The notes beneath the pieces are model-generated. The model saw only the letters and a program-made list of their open reading frames with translations. It was not told the origin of the DNA and ran no database searches. This document shows, in pieces, positions 27,710 through 41,800 of a DNA stretch of 64,000 bases; the stretch's first letter is position 1; the number at the start of each line of letters is the position of its first letter. Origin of the DNA: Lama glama (lineage: Eukaryota); assembly GCA_028534125.1 (NCBI GenBank), contig CM052816.1, positions 48,672,001 to 48,736,000 on the forward strand. Direction: 5' to 3'. The position numbers were made by a program, and so were the translations under genes.

Positions 27710-30700
27710 AAAAAATGAAATATAGTTGACTCACAATATTACATTAGTTCCAGGTGTACAGCATAGGAATTCAGTATTTTTATAGATTATATTCCATTTA
27801 AAGTTATTATAAAATAATAGTTATAATCCCCTATATCATGCAATATATCCTTGTTGCTTATCTATTTTATACATAGTTGTTTGTATTTTTTAATCCCATA
27901 CCCCTAATCTTACCCTCCACCTTTCCTCTCCCAACTAGTATGCACTAGTTTCTTTTCTATATCTACCAGTCTGTCTTTGTTTTGCTATATGCAATCAATT
28001 ATTTTCTTTTTCAGATTCCAAATATAAGTGATAAAATACAGTCTTTTTCTTCTGCTGCCTGCCTAAATTCACTAAGCTTAATACTTTCTAAGTCTATCCA
28101 TGTTGCTACAAATTGCAGAATTTCATTCTTTGTATGGCAGAGTAATATCCCATTATATGTATATATCACATCTTTATCCATTCATCTCTTGATCAACAGG
28201 AGTTGCTTCCATATCTTGGCTACTGTAAATAGTGCTGCTACGAACATTGAGGTACATATATATTTTCAAATTAGTATTTTCATTTTTGAGGAGGATATAT
28301 ACCCAGGAGTGGCATTGCTGGGTCAGGTGGTAGTGCTACTTTTAGTTTTTTGAGGAAACTCCATATGATTTCCATACTGGCTGTATCAATTTACATTACC
28401 ATCAACAGTCTGCAGGTGTTCCCTTTTCTGCACTCCTACCCAGTAATTGTTGTTTGTAGGCAATCGTCATTCTGACCAGTGTGAAGTGATAACTCATTGT
28501 CTTGATTTGCATTTCTCTAATAATTAACAATATAGGGCATGTTTTCATGTACCCGTTAATGATCTGTATGACTTCTTTTGAAAAATGGCAACACAGGTCT
28601 CCTGCCTAATTTTTAATTGGATTTTTCGTTTATTTGTTTTAAGATTGAGTTGTATGAGCTATTTATATATCTTGGATATTAACTTCTAGTCAATCATATC
28701 ATTTGCAAATATTTTCTCCCATTCAGTAGGTGATCTTTTTATTTTCTCAATGGTTTCCTTTGCTGTGCAAAAGCTTTTAAGTTAAATTAGATCCCATTTG
28801 TTTTTTTAGCTTTTATTTATTTTGCCTTAGGAGACAAAGCCAAAAAAAAAAAAAAAGCTACAATTTATGCCAAAGAGTGTTTTGCCTATATTCTTTTCTA
28901 GGAGTTTTGTGGTTTCTGGTCTTAGATTTAGTTCTTTAGTCCATTTTGAGTTTTGTTCTGTGGTGTGAGGAAATGTTCTAATTTCATTGTTTAACTTGGA
29001 GCTGTTCAGTTCCTCAGCATCACTTATTGAAAAGACTGTCCTTTCACCATTGTATATTTTCGTCTCCTTTGTTGTAGATTAATTGACCATAGGTATGTGG
29101 ATTTATTTCTGGGCCATCTATTCTGTTCCATTAATCTATGTGTCTGTTTTTGTGCCAGTGCTGTTATTTTGATTAATGTAGCTTTGTAGTATAAAGTCTG
29201 GTGGTGGTGGGATGATACCTCCAACTTTCTTGTATTTTTTTCTCAAGATTGTTTTGGGAATTTAGGGTCTTTTGTGGTTCCATATAAAATTTAGGATTAT
29301 TTGTTCCAGTTCTGTGAAAAATGTCTTAGGTACTTTTATAGGGATTGCATTATATTTGTAGATTATTTCAGATATGAACATTTTAACAATATTAATTCTT
29401 CGTGTCTAAAAACACAAGATATTTTTCTGTTTCTTCATATCATCTTCAATATCCTTCAGGCTGTATCTGTCGTTAGTCCTGAAGTGGGTCTTTTTTCAGC
29501 AGCATATTGAAGAGTCTTGGGTTTTTTTAATCCAATCAGCCATTTTATATTTCTTGATTGGAACATTTATCTCATTGACATTTGAAGTAATTATTAGTGG
29601 GTATATACTTATTGCACTTTATTAGTTGTTTTCTGGTTGTTTTTGTAGTTCTCCTCTGTTCATTTCTTTTTTATTTTGTTTCTTCCCTTGTGATTTGATG
29701 ATTTTCTTTAGTAGTATATGTTTGTTTCATTCTTTTTAGTTTTTGTGTGTCTATTGTTGGCTTTCCATTGGTGGTTACCATGGGGTTCATATCTTCTGAC
29801 CTATAACTATATCTATTTGTTTTAAAAAGATAGTCATGTAAGTACAAAACATCCTAAAAGATAATACGTTTTTTACTCTCTTCCCTTGTGTTTTGTGCTT
29901 TTGACGTCGTATTTCACATCTTTATGTAACACTTAACTGTTTATTTTAACTATCGTTGCTTTTACAATTTTCATCTTCTAATTTTACAGTATCTTATTTA
30001 AGTGGTTGTTATCTGCCCTTATATATTTGCATTTCCCAGTGAGATTTTCCCCTTTCTTACAGATACTTACTACTTTTTCACTTAGAGAAGTACCTTTAAC
30101 ATTTCTTTTAGGATAGGTTTAACATTTATGAATTCTTGGTTTTTGCTTGTTGGAGAAGTTCTTTATCTCTTCATCAACTCTAAATAAAAATATTGCTGAG
30201 GGTAGATTATCATATATTGTAGTTTTTTTCGGTTTTTTCTCCTCTCAGCACTTTGAATATATCATGCCTCTTCCTTCTGTCCTGCAAAGTTTCTGTAGAA
30301 AAATCAGTGGTTAGCCTTATGTGGGTTCCCTTGTATATGACCTTTATTTTTCTCTTTCTACCTTTAGAATTCTCTTCTTGTTTTTGTTTTTTTTCATTTG
30401 AATTATGATATGTCTTGGTATAAGTCTGTTTGAGTTCATCTTATTTGGAGCCCTCTGTGCTTCCTATACCTTGATAATCTGTTTCTTTTTCAGGTTTTGG
30501 AAATTTTCATCCATAATATCATCCAATATATTTTTGATCCCCTTTTCTCTCCTTCTAGGATCCCTGTAATGCTCTTGTTGGTGTGCTTGATGTTATCCTA
30601 CAGAACTCTTAAACTGTTTTCATTCTGTTAATTTGTTTTTCTTTCTGCTCTTCTGCTTTGGTGATTTCCGTTATTCTATCTTCCAAAACACTTATGCATT

Positions 30701-31000
30701 TTTTTATCATTCATTCTACTATTATTTCCCTCTAGTGTATCCTTCATTTCAGTTATTGAATTCCTCATTTCTGATTGGGTCTTTTTATCTTTTTAGTTTA
30801 TTGTTAAAATTCTCATTGTGTTCATCTATTCTTTTTCCTCATTCGGTTAACATTCTTATTTCTAATGTTTTGAATTCTTTATCTGCTAAGTTATTTATTT
30901 CTGTTCCATTATTTTTTTCAGGAGTTTTCTCTTGCTCTTTCAATTAAGACTAGTTCCTCTGCTTTCAGATTTTGCTTAACTTTTTCTGTCTCTATGAATT
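27710..31000 (-). mobile_element. L1 with 3' UTR, ORF2 C-terminus, large internal ORF2 deletion, EN start and ORF1
   Basis: 3' end gaaatatagttgactcacaatattacattagttccaggtgtacagc; YYKATLIK motif; EN start IITSNVNEINVPIKK...WIKK at ~29460-29615; ORF1-like DNA at ~30100-30990. Confidence 0.85.
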
Positions 31001-31004
31001 TAGC

Positions 31005-31212
31005 TGAACTGTCTGAGTCCACTTATATGGGGATTTTTCTCAGTAGTAAATACTACAGTACTACTTGATCAACAGTTGGTTGAATTCATAAGTAAAAAAC
31101 CACAGATACCAAGGAACTGCATATAGAGAGGGCCAACTATAAGTCATACTCAGATTTTTGACTGCATGGAGGGCTCATGGACCTAACCCCTGCATTGCTC
31201 AATAATCAATTG
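31005..31212 (+). mobile_element. Tigger2-derived MITE lacking the left TIR
   Basis: Reverse-complement similar to 8051-8277 (gtccacttatatggggattttt, gttggttgaat, agggccaactataagt). Ends tcaattg+TA. Confidence 0.7.
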
Positions 31213-33291
31213 TACAATTTAAAAGTAAGTTATGTGAATTTTTTTTTTGGTTTAGTAATTTTATCTAGCAATTTGAATTGCATATTTATTTCAGTATTAA
31301 GGTTTTAGAATTATTCTAAATTGATGATTCCAAAAAATAACCTCTTTTTAGCACTTTCTGTTTAGTGCTTGGCAGAAGTAAATACTATTAATAATATTGT
31401 TGTGGTTTTTCTTTTTTTTTTTTTTCTTAATTGGATCATGTTATAAATATGTCAGTGTGTGTGTGTTGTGTAATGCACGTGTGTGCCTTAAGTTTGGTAA
31501 ACTCTCTCATTACATCAAAGCATTGTTGGATTTCAGTAGGTTTTGACCAAAACTTGTTTGAAAGAAGTGTAATATTTCAATTTATGAGTGAATGAATAGA
31601 TAATTTATTTCTGATGGAAATACAAATTGTTACTAAAATACTTCTATTATAAGCAGAGCATCAATAAACATTCTTACACATGCATTTTGACCACTTGTTT
31701 TAATATTCTTAGTGAAAACAACAAAAAATAGAATAATTGGATCAAGTAATTGTTATATTAATTAATATATACTGCTCAATTGTCCACAAAAAAGCAACAG
31801 TTCTTACTAATGATGAATATTACAAATACTAGAACTTTGCCAATTAGATAAGTAAAATAATATTTGACCTTTGCAATATTAGCAGATGCCTCATGGAGAA
31901 GATCCGTTTAACATACAGAGGCAGATATATATTCATGTGAACACTGCATGAAAAAACTATTGTGTTAAGTAAACCCATGTTTACTACTATTTACTACTAG
32001 TACATTTTGTTTAATTTTTAATAGTTTTCTTCAACATAAATTTATTTTTATGTATTGACGTAGAAATTTAATTTTGTTTTTTAAATGCTTAATCAACTAT
32101 TATCCTAATGTTATTTATTGCATAATCTTTTTTCCCCCTCAGCTGATGTGAAATGGACCCTTTATTATAAGCCCTTAATAACATTATGAAGCAACATTTC
32201 TTAAACTTATATTCTTTTGCACTGATTTGTCTATTTCTATGCCTGTTCCATTTAAGAAAGGTAAAAATTTTAATAATCCAGGCAATTAGTTCAACTTTCC
32301 TCTCATTTTGCTATGTGTAGCTAATATTTGAGTATCTAAAGATACACAGCTTTAGCAAAATATAGTTAGCGTAATTTGTTATTTCTGTAAACCAAAAGTT
32401 TTCTATTTAGGCATATAATAAGTATAGGGCTTGAAAATAACTTAAACTTCTAAAAGTAATATAATTTAAAATTTCACAATTTGTGAAAATGTTTCTAATT
32501 CACACAAGTTACTTATTTTAAAACACTGTAGACTAGAAAGTACATTGGTATTAGGAGTACTGCTAGAGATTATGATTGGAAATGGTAAACATAAAATAAT
32601 AAAATTAAATTAGATAAGATTATTTCCAAATTATTATCCAGAGGTATAAAAAATTACATAAAGATAGGGAGCTAAAATATTAACATAAAGAGAATAAATT
32701 TAATGCACAATAATAAAGTTCTCACTTTAATTTAGACAACAAATGGAGTATACAGAAAGATGATATGATATGGGATGATATGATATGCATATAGTCCCTA
32801 GTAGCACAGAATTCCTTTCTTGACTAGTAATATATTATTACAACTGTAATCAACATTAGTGATTATGCAAAGTCTGGCATCAGGGCCTGCCCTGGGTACA
32901 AAAGAGCTCTGATATACCTTCAGACTAGCATTGCAGAGAAAACTCTCTCCAGATCAAATTAGTAAAGATCTGGTGGGATCTACAGGGAGCAGGAGATTCC
33001 TTTCCTGTCAGCTTTTTATCTTTATGAAATAGAAGAACATGAATGATATGGGAGGTGTGCATCACAGAGCTCACAAAGAAATGTGCCCCAAAGTTCTAGT
33101 GGAAAATGTAAGGTAATTAATTCACAGATTAACATGCTTTTGCCATCTTATAATGAGTGAAAAAATACTTATGACTTAAATTTTCATTAGCCCTTGATGT
33201 TGACTTGTTAATACAAAAAAAAAAAGATTCTTAAAGTACTAAGAAATGGAATAGTATTTCTGCATATTTGTTTCTGAAAGTTTATTGAAAC

Positions 33292-33490
33292 TAATGGTTT
33301 GCTGGAATTTAGCTGATATGAACTAATGAAAGCTGACTGAAATATTCAGGAATTCTGTGAATCAGTGATTAAACCACTTCATAGCTTGAAGTTAGTCATT
33401 GTAAGAGTATTTACATCACAGAAATCAGCAGACATTACAAATAAGGGCCTCTCCCCTAGGACTACCCCTCAGCTAATTCACTAGAATATA
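33292..33490. mobile_element. MER63-like hAT MITE, degenerate
   Basis: tagcttgaa...gagtatttacatcacagaaatcagcagacattacaaataagggc. Confidence 0.55.
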
Positions 33491-33712
33491 GTTGATTTAA
33501 GTTCTACAGGTTCACAATCTGATTTCCTTTAATGTCATCTTATATTTAGGCTTAGTTTAATTTAACACTTAAGAGAGCAGTCTAATCTGCCTGTTTGTGT
33601 AGAGGATACACTGTTTGGAATTGATAGTATGCTTTAGCTCAATGACTTCCAAATATTTATCCGCTGACCTGAATGACTTTGTGAATGAGATAATGAGGTA
33701 AACAGGTAGAAA

Positions 33713-34270
33713 TGTTACCCAGAAGGGAAACGGAAAAGAACGCCGATTATTGTCTTACCAGAAAGATAAGATTTACAGATGGGAGACGGAAAGCACTGTG
33801 TAGCAAGATTTTAAAAGATTTATTTAGGAAAAGAAGAGTATGCCTCCAAGAGCGGGAGATGGGCTGATCCAAGGAGGAATCTCAGCGGTTTTCTCCTCCT
33901 CTTTCTCGTATACCGTCGCTTACAGGTGGTCTCTTGATTGATTGATGGCTCTTGTCCCTGGAATGCTTAGTCGTGTTTGGCCCCTTTGCTCATGTCCTTA
34001 TAACCATGGTGTATTCAGAAAAACCAATGGAGTGGAGGAGTTGTTGAACTGCAATGTTAATTATAATACAGTGAGGGTTGGGTTGTGTCCAGTTAAGTCC
34101 CTTCTGCTACCTCGAAGTTGTAGCTATCGGGTTTTAACCAGTTTCTTGCTGGCCCTCATTTAGAAGTAAAATCCCTTTATGCTGGAGGTGGGCTTACCAC
34201 CATCTTCTGGACCATCCTCCCTCTCCTCTACCTATCTGCCTGGTGCCCCCACTTATCTAACTACCTAGCA
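33713..34270 (-). mobile_element. ERV1-type solo LTR, relatively young
   Basis: TG...CA ends, perfect 4-bp TSD gaaa (33709-12 / 34271-74), tttatt at ~33819 (polyA signal on minus), retained CpGs. Confidence 0.85.
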
Positions 34271-34659
34271 GAAACAGGAAAAGCGGATACAGCTTGTCAC
34301 TTCTATGGGGAGGAAAACTGAGAGAGGAAGTTGGACATTCTCCAGGCAAGTGTGGCTAACACATCCGTATCTATAAAATACAGCTTTTTGTCTATTCAAT
34401 TCAGTACCCAAGTGCATTATTAGTAAAACTGATTTCTGTCATTACAATCTGTAAAGTATCTTTGAAGCTATACTAAATTTGTATCAAATGACACGAAAAT
34501 AAGTAAACATGAATTCATATCAAACACAACAAAGTGATGGAGAGATTGCAAATAGAGAAGTAAAGAAGCTGTTAAAAAAGAGTCATTAAGGACATCCTTA
34601 TTGATTTGCTGAATGCTTAAGGCTATTGAACTTTATTATAGCTAGGACTAGAATAATCA

Positions 34660-34796
34660 GGAATCCTTGTTAAGAGGTAGAATTTCTGGTTCAGTAGGTC
34701 AGGGTACTAGGACCTGAGTATTTTCATTTTTTTTATAACAAGTTTCTGGTCATGTTTATGCTGCTAGTCAGGGTAACAACACTTTAAAAACCAATG
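34660..34796. mobile_element. MER5A-like hAT MITE fragment
   Basis: tttctggttcagtaggtc...taacaagtttctggtcatgtttatgctgctagtc...cactttaaaaacca. Confidence 0.65.
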
Positions 34797-35449
34797 CACT
34801 AAGAAGAGAAGCAGTTTCTTCCTAATGCTGTACTCATATCTATTCTAACTAATTAACAAATTATTGTTGAATTGGGTTTCTCATCTAAGCCAGGGAAAAG
34901 ATAAATTAATGTACTCTGCTGGATAGAAAGGGGAGAATAAAGGGAAAAAAATGATGTGATATGTTCAGTGTTTATTGTAGAATTGATCAGCTGTGTATCT
35001 TAGTACATTTTACCAATTATACCAGAGGATATTTATGCTTATGTTGCATATCCATAAATGTCTGATGTAAGTATTTTAACATGGTATATATGATGTGTTT
35101 TTTTTCTGTTTTTAATTTTAAAAATTTTGTTTATCCTTAACATATTTAGAATTCAAAGAATGATATTAAATACATAAACTCAAAAAGAGATAAATATTTA
35201 CACTTGGAATGATTCTATTTTTACAGAATAATTATAAAAATACTTAAGAAAATAATTACTTTTATCATTGTATGTTATTGAAAACTCATATTAGCATGAA
35301 AATTTTTAAAAAGGAATTATAAATAAACTATAACAGAGTTAATAGAGACTAAGAAACATCAAAAGTCAGAGCAGACAAAAGGGAAAAGAGGCCAAGAAAA
35401 ATTATATAAATATTTTACAAAAACTTATGCATATATCTGTTGCAATTTT

Positions 35450-36990
35450 TTAAATGTGTTTTCACTTTGGATAATTTTAAATATACAACAGAATTACAGA
35501 AATAATATAGTATAATCTTACATGTTTCATTTAATCTTAACATCTTACATAACCATAGTACAATTATCAAAACTAAGCAGTTAGTATTAGTGTAATACAT
35601 TGATACAATGCTATTAACTAAGCAGTAGAATTTATGTGAATATCATCAGGTTTTGCAATAATCATCTTTTCTGATGTTCTTGTTCTAGTACAAGGTGTTC
35701 TATTTCCACATGGTTCTATCTCCCTAGTCTTTTCCAATCTGTGGTAGTTCCTCTGGGTTTTTTGTCTTTTATAAAGCCTTGACACTTTAGAAGAGCACTG
35801 GTAACTCAGTTTTAGAATATCTACAATGTGAATTTGTCTGATATTTTATCATGATTAGATTGAGGCTATGCATGCCAGGAAAGAAAAATTCAGAGGTGAT
35901 CCTGACTTAGTGCATTTTATTCAGGACACACTGTATCAATACATTGGTGATGCTAACACTGATCACTTTAAGGTAATGACTACCAAGTTTCCTCACTATA
36001 AAGGTACTGTATTATTCCCTGTCTATCTATATCTTTACATATATCTATATCTATATCTACATGTCTACATATATTAGATATATGTATATACATATACACA
36101 TATATATTTAAATTATTGTGGGGTTATTTTGAGACCATGCAAATATCCAGTTTTGCCTTAAACTTTTGCCCATCAATTTTAGCATTGCTTGTGGATTTTG
36201 CTTGTAGCAATTATTACTATGATCTTCTAATGATAATTTTCTATTTCCCTCATTTCTTATATTCTTATGAATTTGAAAACATTCTGTAAGGAAGAACTGC
36301 TCTCTTTTTTTATTCCTTTATTCAATCATTAATTCATATCGTATGGAAGTATGGACTCATGAGTATTATTTAACTCTTTGGGTTATAATTGAACACTGTC
36401 ATTATGTATTTTATTGCCAGGCTGTTCCAGTTTTGTTTCTTGGGAGCTTTTTCAGGTTGGCTTCTTTATCCTTTCTGCATGCCCCCTCCTCTCCTTTTTT
36501 TTTTTTTTTTTGGATTGAGGACTTGTTAACTTGTTGGCACCACTTGAAGGTCTATGCACATTTTGTATTTTCCTTACCCCAGCTCTGGAATCAACCGCTT
36601 CTCCAAAGATCTCTGATTTCTTTTATTAAAGAACAGTATTTAAAAGCTAACATCTGGATGATAGATATGCTCAATGCTTCTGGAGTGTCACAGCTGACAG
36701 AATTAGGATGTTTGCATATTAATGCATGTATGCACAATAGTCTATATTAATTTCCATATCGATCTGTATGTATATATAAATGAGTTCATACTGAGACCTG
36801 TGATACTAATTGAAAACCACAAGGTTCATTCTAGACTCATCCCTGGCATACATGTAATCTGTATATGCAACAGTGAGAAATCTGGCTCTCACTATGTATT
36901 ATATATTTACTCATTTGTTCAATACTAATATACACACCAACTAGTTGCAGAACTAACAGCTCATTTGCTTGTGAGAGTCATATTTACCAA
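35450..36990 (-). mobile_element. Old L1 (L1MC/MD) 3' UTR
   Basis: taacatcttacataaccatagtacaattatcaaaac; ttttatcatgattagattgagg; ccccagctctggaatcaacc. Confidence 0.75.
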
Positions 36991-37109
36991 CCTCTAAACA
37001 TGAATTGAAAAATATATCAAAATCAGTAATTTAAGTTTACCCTTTAGGATACTAGTGAAAGAAGAAAAGATTAAACTCAAAGAAAGGAGGAAGAGAAAAA
37101 AAATACTCC

Positions 37110-38580
37110 AATTCAATCTGAGTAATTTCTATACATCTATCTTCAAGGTCACTGTTCTTTGACTGTGTCGTCTGTTAATGAGCCTATTCAAGACATTCGT
37201 CATCTCTGCTTCTAAGGTTTTCATTTGTAGCACTTCTATTAAACTATTTCTTAAAATTCCCCCCCACCACCGCTGAAATTATATATCTTGTCTTGCATGC
37301 TGCCCACTTTTTTCACTTGAGCATTTAAAATACTTCTCTACTTAAAAAAAAAATCTGTCAGATATTTCCAACAATGTGTCATACTTAAGTTTAATTTTCA
37401 TGATTGCTTTGTCTTGAGGGAGTGTTTTATCTTTTCTTTTCATATGTTTCATAGATTTTTTTGTTGAAAACCAGATATCTGTGTAAGATAGTTGAGACTG
37501 AGAGAAATAGCTTGTAAATGGACACATCTTTTCCTAATGTTAGGTCTCTAGTTAGGGATTCTGAGTTAGTTCAGTTTGGAGTTGGGCTACTACTGGGAGC
37601 TGTTTGATACTACTGTTACCTTAGCACGTGCTTTACCTTATCACATGCTTTAAATCCCTTTAGCAATATCTTGTTTTTAGAGGAAAGTCTGGTTTGCCAA
37701 AGTGATTTTTGAGTGCTTGATGCCATCTCACCTTTAGTCCTCCTTTTGCACTATGCTTCAGATGGTCTGTCTGCTGCAGTTCACTTTGTTACAGAAAACT
37801 TATTTTCTCTGTTTGTCACTGACTCCTAGCTGTCTGTCAGTAGGAACGAGGGTCAGAGACATTCTCTTCTGTTCTAATTAGACCTTAGTCTGTGGCTGGC
37901 ACAGTATCTGCGGATCTAGGAGGTGTGACCTTTCCTGGGTTCCAGACTCTCCAAGGTGATAGTCTGAGTCCAGCATGCATTGTTACCTTTCCCTTAGGTT
38001 CAGACATTTTTGTTTGTTTTTCTGGTTCCTTTCCCCAGCTGCAGTGGATTTTCATTGGTACACTAATTGTGACAGTTATGTTGCCTTTCTTCCTATGGTT
38101 TAATGCTTTTGTCCCATAAAGAAGATAGAATTCTGGGGGATTATTCTGCCTTTCTTATAGTGGTCACTGCTTCCCTTCCCCAGTTCTGCTTCATTAGTGA
38201 GCAAGTTTTGCTGTGAGAGCCAGTGGGGCTCATGGAGAAAGAAGCCTGCAGGAAAGTACAGAATCCCCCTGTATTTGCAGATTCTAGGGTCTTCAACCTC
38301 TTTAGCCAGTGCATACTTGGTGTACACCAACAATTTTCTAGTCATCCTAACGAACTCTATTGGTGTCCAACTGCCTCTTGGCCTTGTGAGTCTGTGCTTA
38401 CATCTCATCTTTCCCAGCAAGCAACTGTCTCTCCTGAGATTTTAGGGTATATGAGTTTCCTGTAAACTAACCATTCTAATAGTTCAAAAGAAGTTGTGAA
38501 CTTGCTGTATGACTTCCTTTTTTTAAACTTAAATTTGGGATTAATGCATTCACAACTCTTTCTATCTTCAGGAGACAACT
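37110..38580 (-). mobile_element. Old L1M ORF1/5' region
   Basis: gtaatttctatacatctatcttcaaggtcactg...ctgttaatgagcc and other L1M 5' end-like text. Confidence 0.6.
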
Positions 38581-38899
38581 GGGAGACCAGACTATTATAA
38601 AAACAATAACTGAGTGTGCGTGCCCAAAGTCATAAGGTAAATCCATTTGAGCTGAAACATAAGTCTATTTTTTTTCAAATTACATTTATTTTGTGAACCA
38701 TATAAACTAGAGCTTATTTACATATTGCCTTGTTTTATTTTCTTATAAATAAATTGTGCCTTATAAAAGACTATAAATTTTGAAAATGAAAAGCTATACT
38801 GTATATTAGTTGTGTATATCAACGAACGTCTAGTATTAGATTACATGGTCCTCTATTCTGCTATTTAATTAGATTTTCATGCTTTTAAATAAATTCTCA

Positions 38900-41800
38900 T
38901 ACACTTTAAAATTTAACTCCATTTGTTAGGATAATTTTACATTTAGAGAAAAAATAATACAGAAGATAATAGTTTCTATATACCTGGCATTCAGTTTCCT
39001 CAATTATTAATATCTCACATTAGTTTAGTATATTTATTGCCATGCTACATTGTTATTAACTAGAGTCCATAGTTTAATAAAATTTCCCAACTTTTTACAT
39101 AATGCCTTTTCCTTTCTGGATCTCAACCAGAACACCACATTACATTTAGTCTTCATGTCTCCTTAGACGTCTTGTGACTGTGACATTTTCTCAAATCTTT
39201 CTTGTTTTTAATGACCTTGGAAGTTTTGAGAAGTACTGTTAGGTGTTCAGAATGGCCTTCAGTTGGCATCTGTCTGATGTTTTTTCTCATGATTAGACTT
39301 AAGTGACTATTTTGAATATGAGGAAATCCACAGAGGTAAACTGCCATTTTTATCACCCCATATCAATGGTCGAAGAATCATATTATCAACATGATTTATC
39401 ATGTTGACCTTGATCACCTACATAAGGGAGTGTTTTCAGGTTTTTCCACTGAAAAATTACTTTGCCCCAGCCACAAACCCTCTCCCCACCACTTTCCATA
39501 TTGCACTCTTTGAATGGAAGTCACCATGTTCTGCCCACATTTAAGGAGTCTAGAGTTACACTCCACCACTTCGAGTGTGGAGCATTTACATAAGTTATTC
39601 AAGAGAGATTGTCCATCCCCCTGTCCCTTTTGGCATGGACTCATGGGTATTTATTTTATACTTTGGCTTAAGACAGAATATTGCATTATTATTTTATCAC
39701 TTAAATTGTATCAGCTTTGGCCACTATGACCTATTTCCTTTGGTGCCTGTGTCTCTTTGACATATTGCATCATTGTGGGTTTTTTGTTTTTTTGTTTTTT
39801 AACATTTCCTTACATTCTGATACTTCAAGATGCTCCAAGTTCATCTTCTGTATTTCCTGTCCCAATCCTATAATGAATCTGCCATTTCTCAAAAGAAGCC
39901 TGGTTCCCTTTCATGGGCAGTGAAATGAGAAATATGGGTGCTAGGTATGTTGATTGCTACTGGAGTGCCTTTGCTATTAGGGTCTCTGAGTTGACAGAGT
40001 CAGGATATATACGCATGTATATACTTATATCTATAAATCTTTCAATAGGTCAAGCCATCTATCTATGTATATATACTAAGCAAAGCATGAGTTGACTGAT
40101 GTCTCCAACTTTAATCTATTACCACATGGCTCTTTCTAGTTTATCTTCCATCCTTATCAGTTACTATCCATTCCTACAATGAGAAATCTCACAACCACAT
40201 ATTTATTTAATTGTAGAATTTCAGTATGAATGAATGACAGTTTCAGAATCATTAGTTCATACTTTCTTAGGAAGTAACTTTATCAACTAAGCTTCAAAGC
40301 CTGTGTACAATTTCTTTGCCTTTAGTCTTACAAACCACTCATAACCAGTTTTACTTAGGTCATCAGCCTTTTCTACAACCACTGTCAGTGAGGTCATCAC
40401 ACGCATTTGTAGTTTAGTTAATTTTCTTACATTCTGGATTCTATCTTAGGATCTCATAACCTCCTAAACAATTGTCTTTTGAAATTCTTAACTGTGTTTC
40501 ACAGAAAAGAAAGCTTTCATTTTAATAAAGTCCAACTTACCTTTTTTTTTCTTCCCTTTCACAGGTTGTATTTTTGGTGATTTATCTAAAAAAACCCCAC
40601 CAAACTCAAATCACCTAGATTTTGTTCTGTATTTTCTTTTAGTTCTATAATTTAGGGTTTTACATTTAAGTCGTCTATAATCCATTTTGAATTATTTTTT
40701 TGTGAAAGACTGTTCTTTCTCCTTTGCCTTTGCTCATTTGCCAAATATCAGTTAATTCTATTTATTGGGTCCATATCTGGGCTCTCCATTTTGTTAAATT
40801 GATCTATGTGTCTATTCTTTGGCTAATATCATGATGTCTTAATTTCTATAGATTTATAGTGAGTCTTGAATCAGTCATGTCTTTGAATTTGATTCTTCTT
40901 CAATATAATACTGGTGATTCTAGAACTTTTGTTTTTTATATAAACTTTAAAATCAGTTTGTCAATATCTAAATAATTGATTGCTATGATAGTGATTGGCA
41001 TTGCATTTAATCTGTAGATGAAATTGGGGAGAATTGACAAGTTAAAAATATTAAGTTTTCCAAGCCATGAACAATGAATATCTCTCAATTTATTTAGATC
41101 TTCTTTGATATCTTTCATTAGAATTCTGTACTTTTCTGCATATGGATTCTGAACGTATTTTTTAAATTCACACTTAAGTACTTCATTTTTGGTGCTATTG
41201 TAAATTGTGTTGTTTTCTTTTTAAACTTAAAATTTCAATTGTTCATTGCTAGTATTTAGGAAAGCATTTGATATTTGTATATTAAGCTTTTATCCTGGGG
41301 TGTTGGTATATTTACTCAGTGGTTTCCAGAATTTTTTGTTAATTGTTTGGGATTTTCTACATAGCCAATAATCTTATCTGTTAAGACATTTATTTCTTCT
41401 TCTCCAGTGTAAACCTTTTAATTTATTTTTCTTGTCTAGTATGATGATACTAGTAGTGAGAGATAACACACTTGCTTTGATCCCTAGAGGAATAAGTACC
41501 CAGCTTCTCACTGTTAAGTGTAGTTTTAACTAAAGATTTTTTGTAGATGTTCTTTTTCTACTTATATTCTTAGCTTGCTGAGAGTTCTTGTCATGATGGG
41601 GTGTCAGATTTTTCAAAAGAGTTTTTGCATAATGTGTATGTCTGTTTGTCTGCGTGTCTGTGTGTGTGTGTATATATGTGTGTGTATATATATATATATA
41701 TAATTTTTTAGCCTGTGATTTGGTAGATTACACTGCTATTGAACCAGCCATATTACTGGAAGTTAATCGTAATTGGTCATGGTGAACAGTCATTCCTAGG

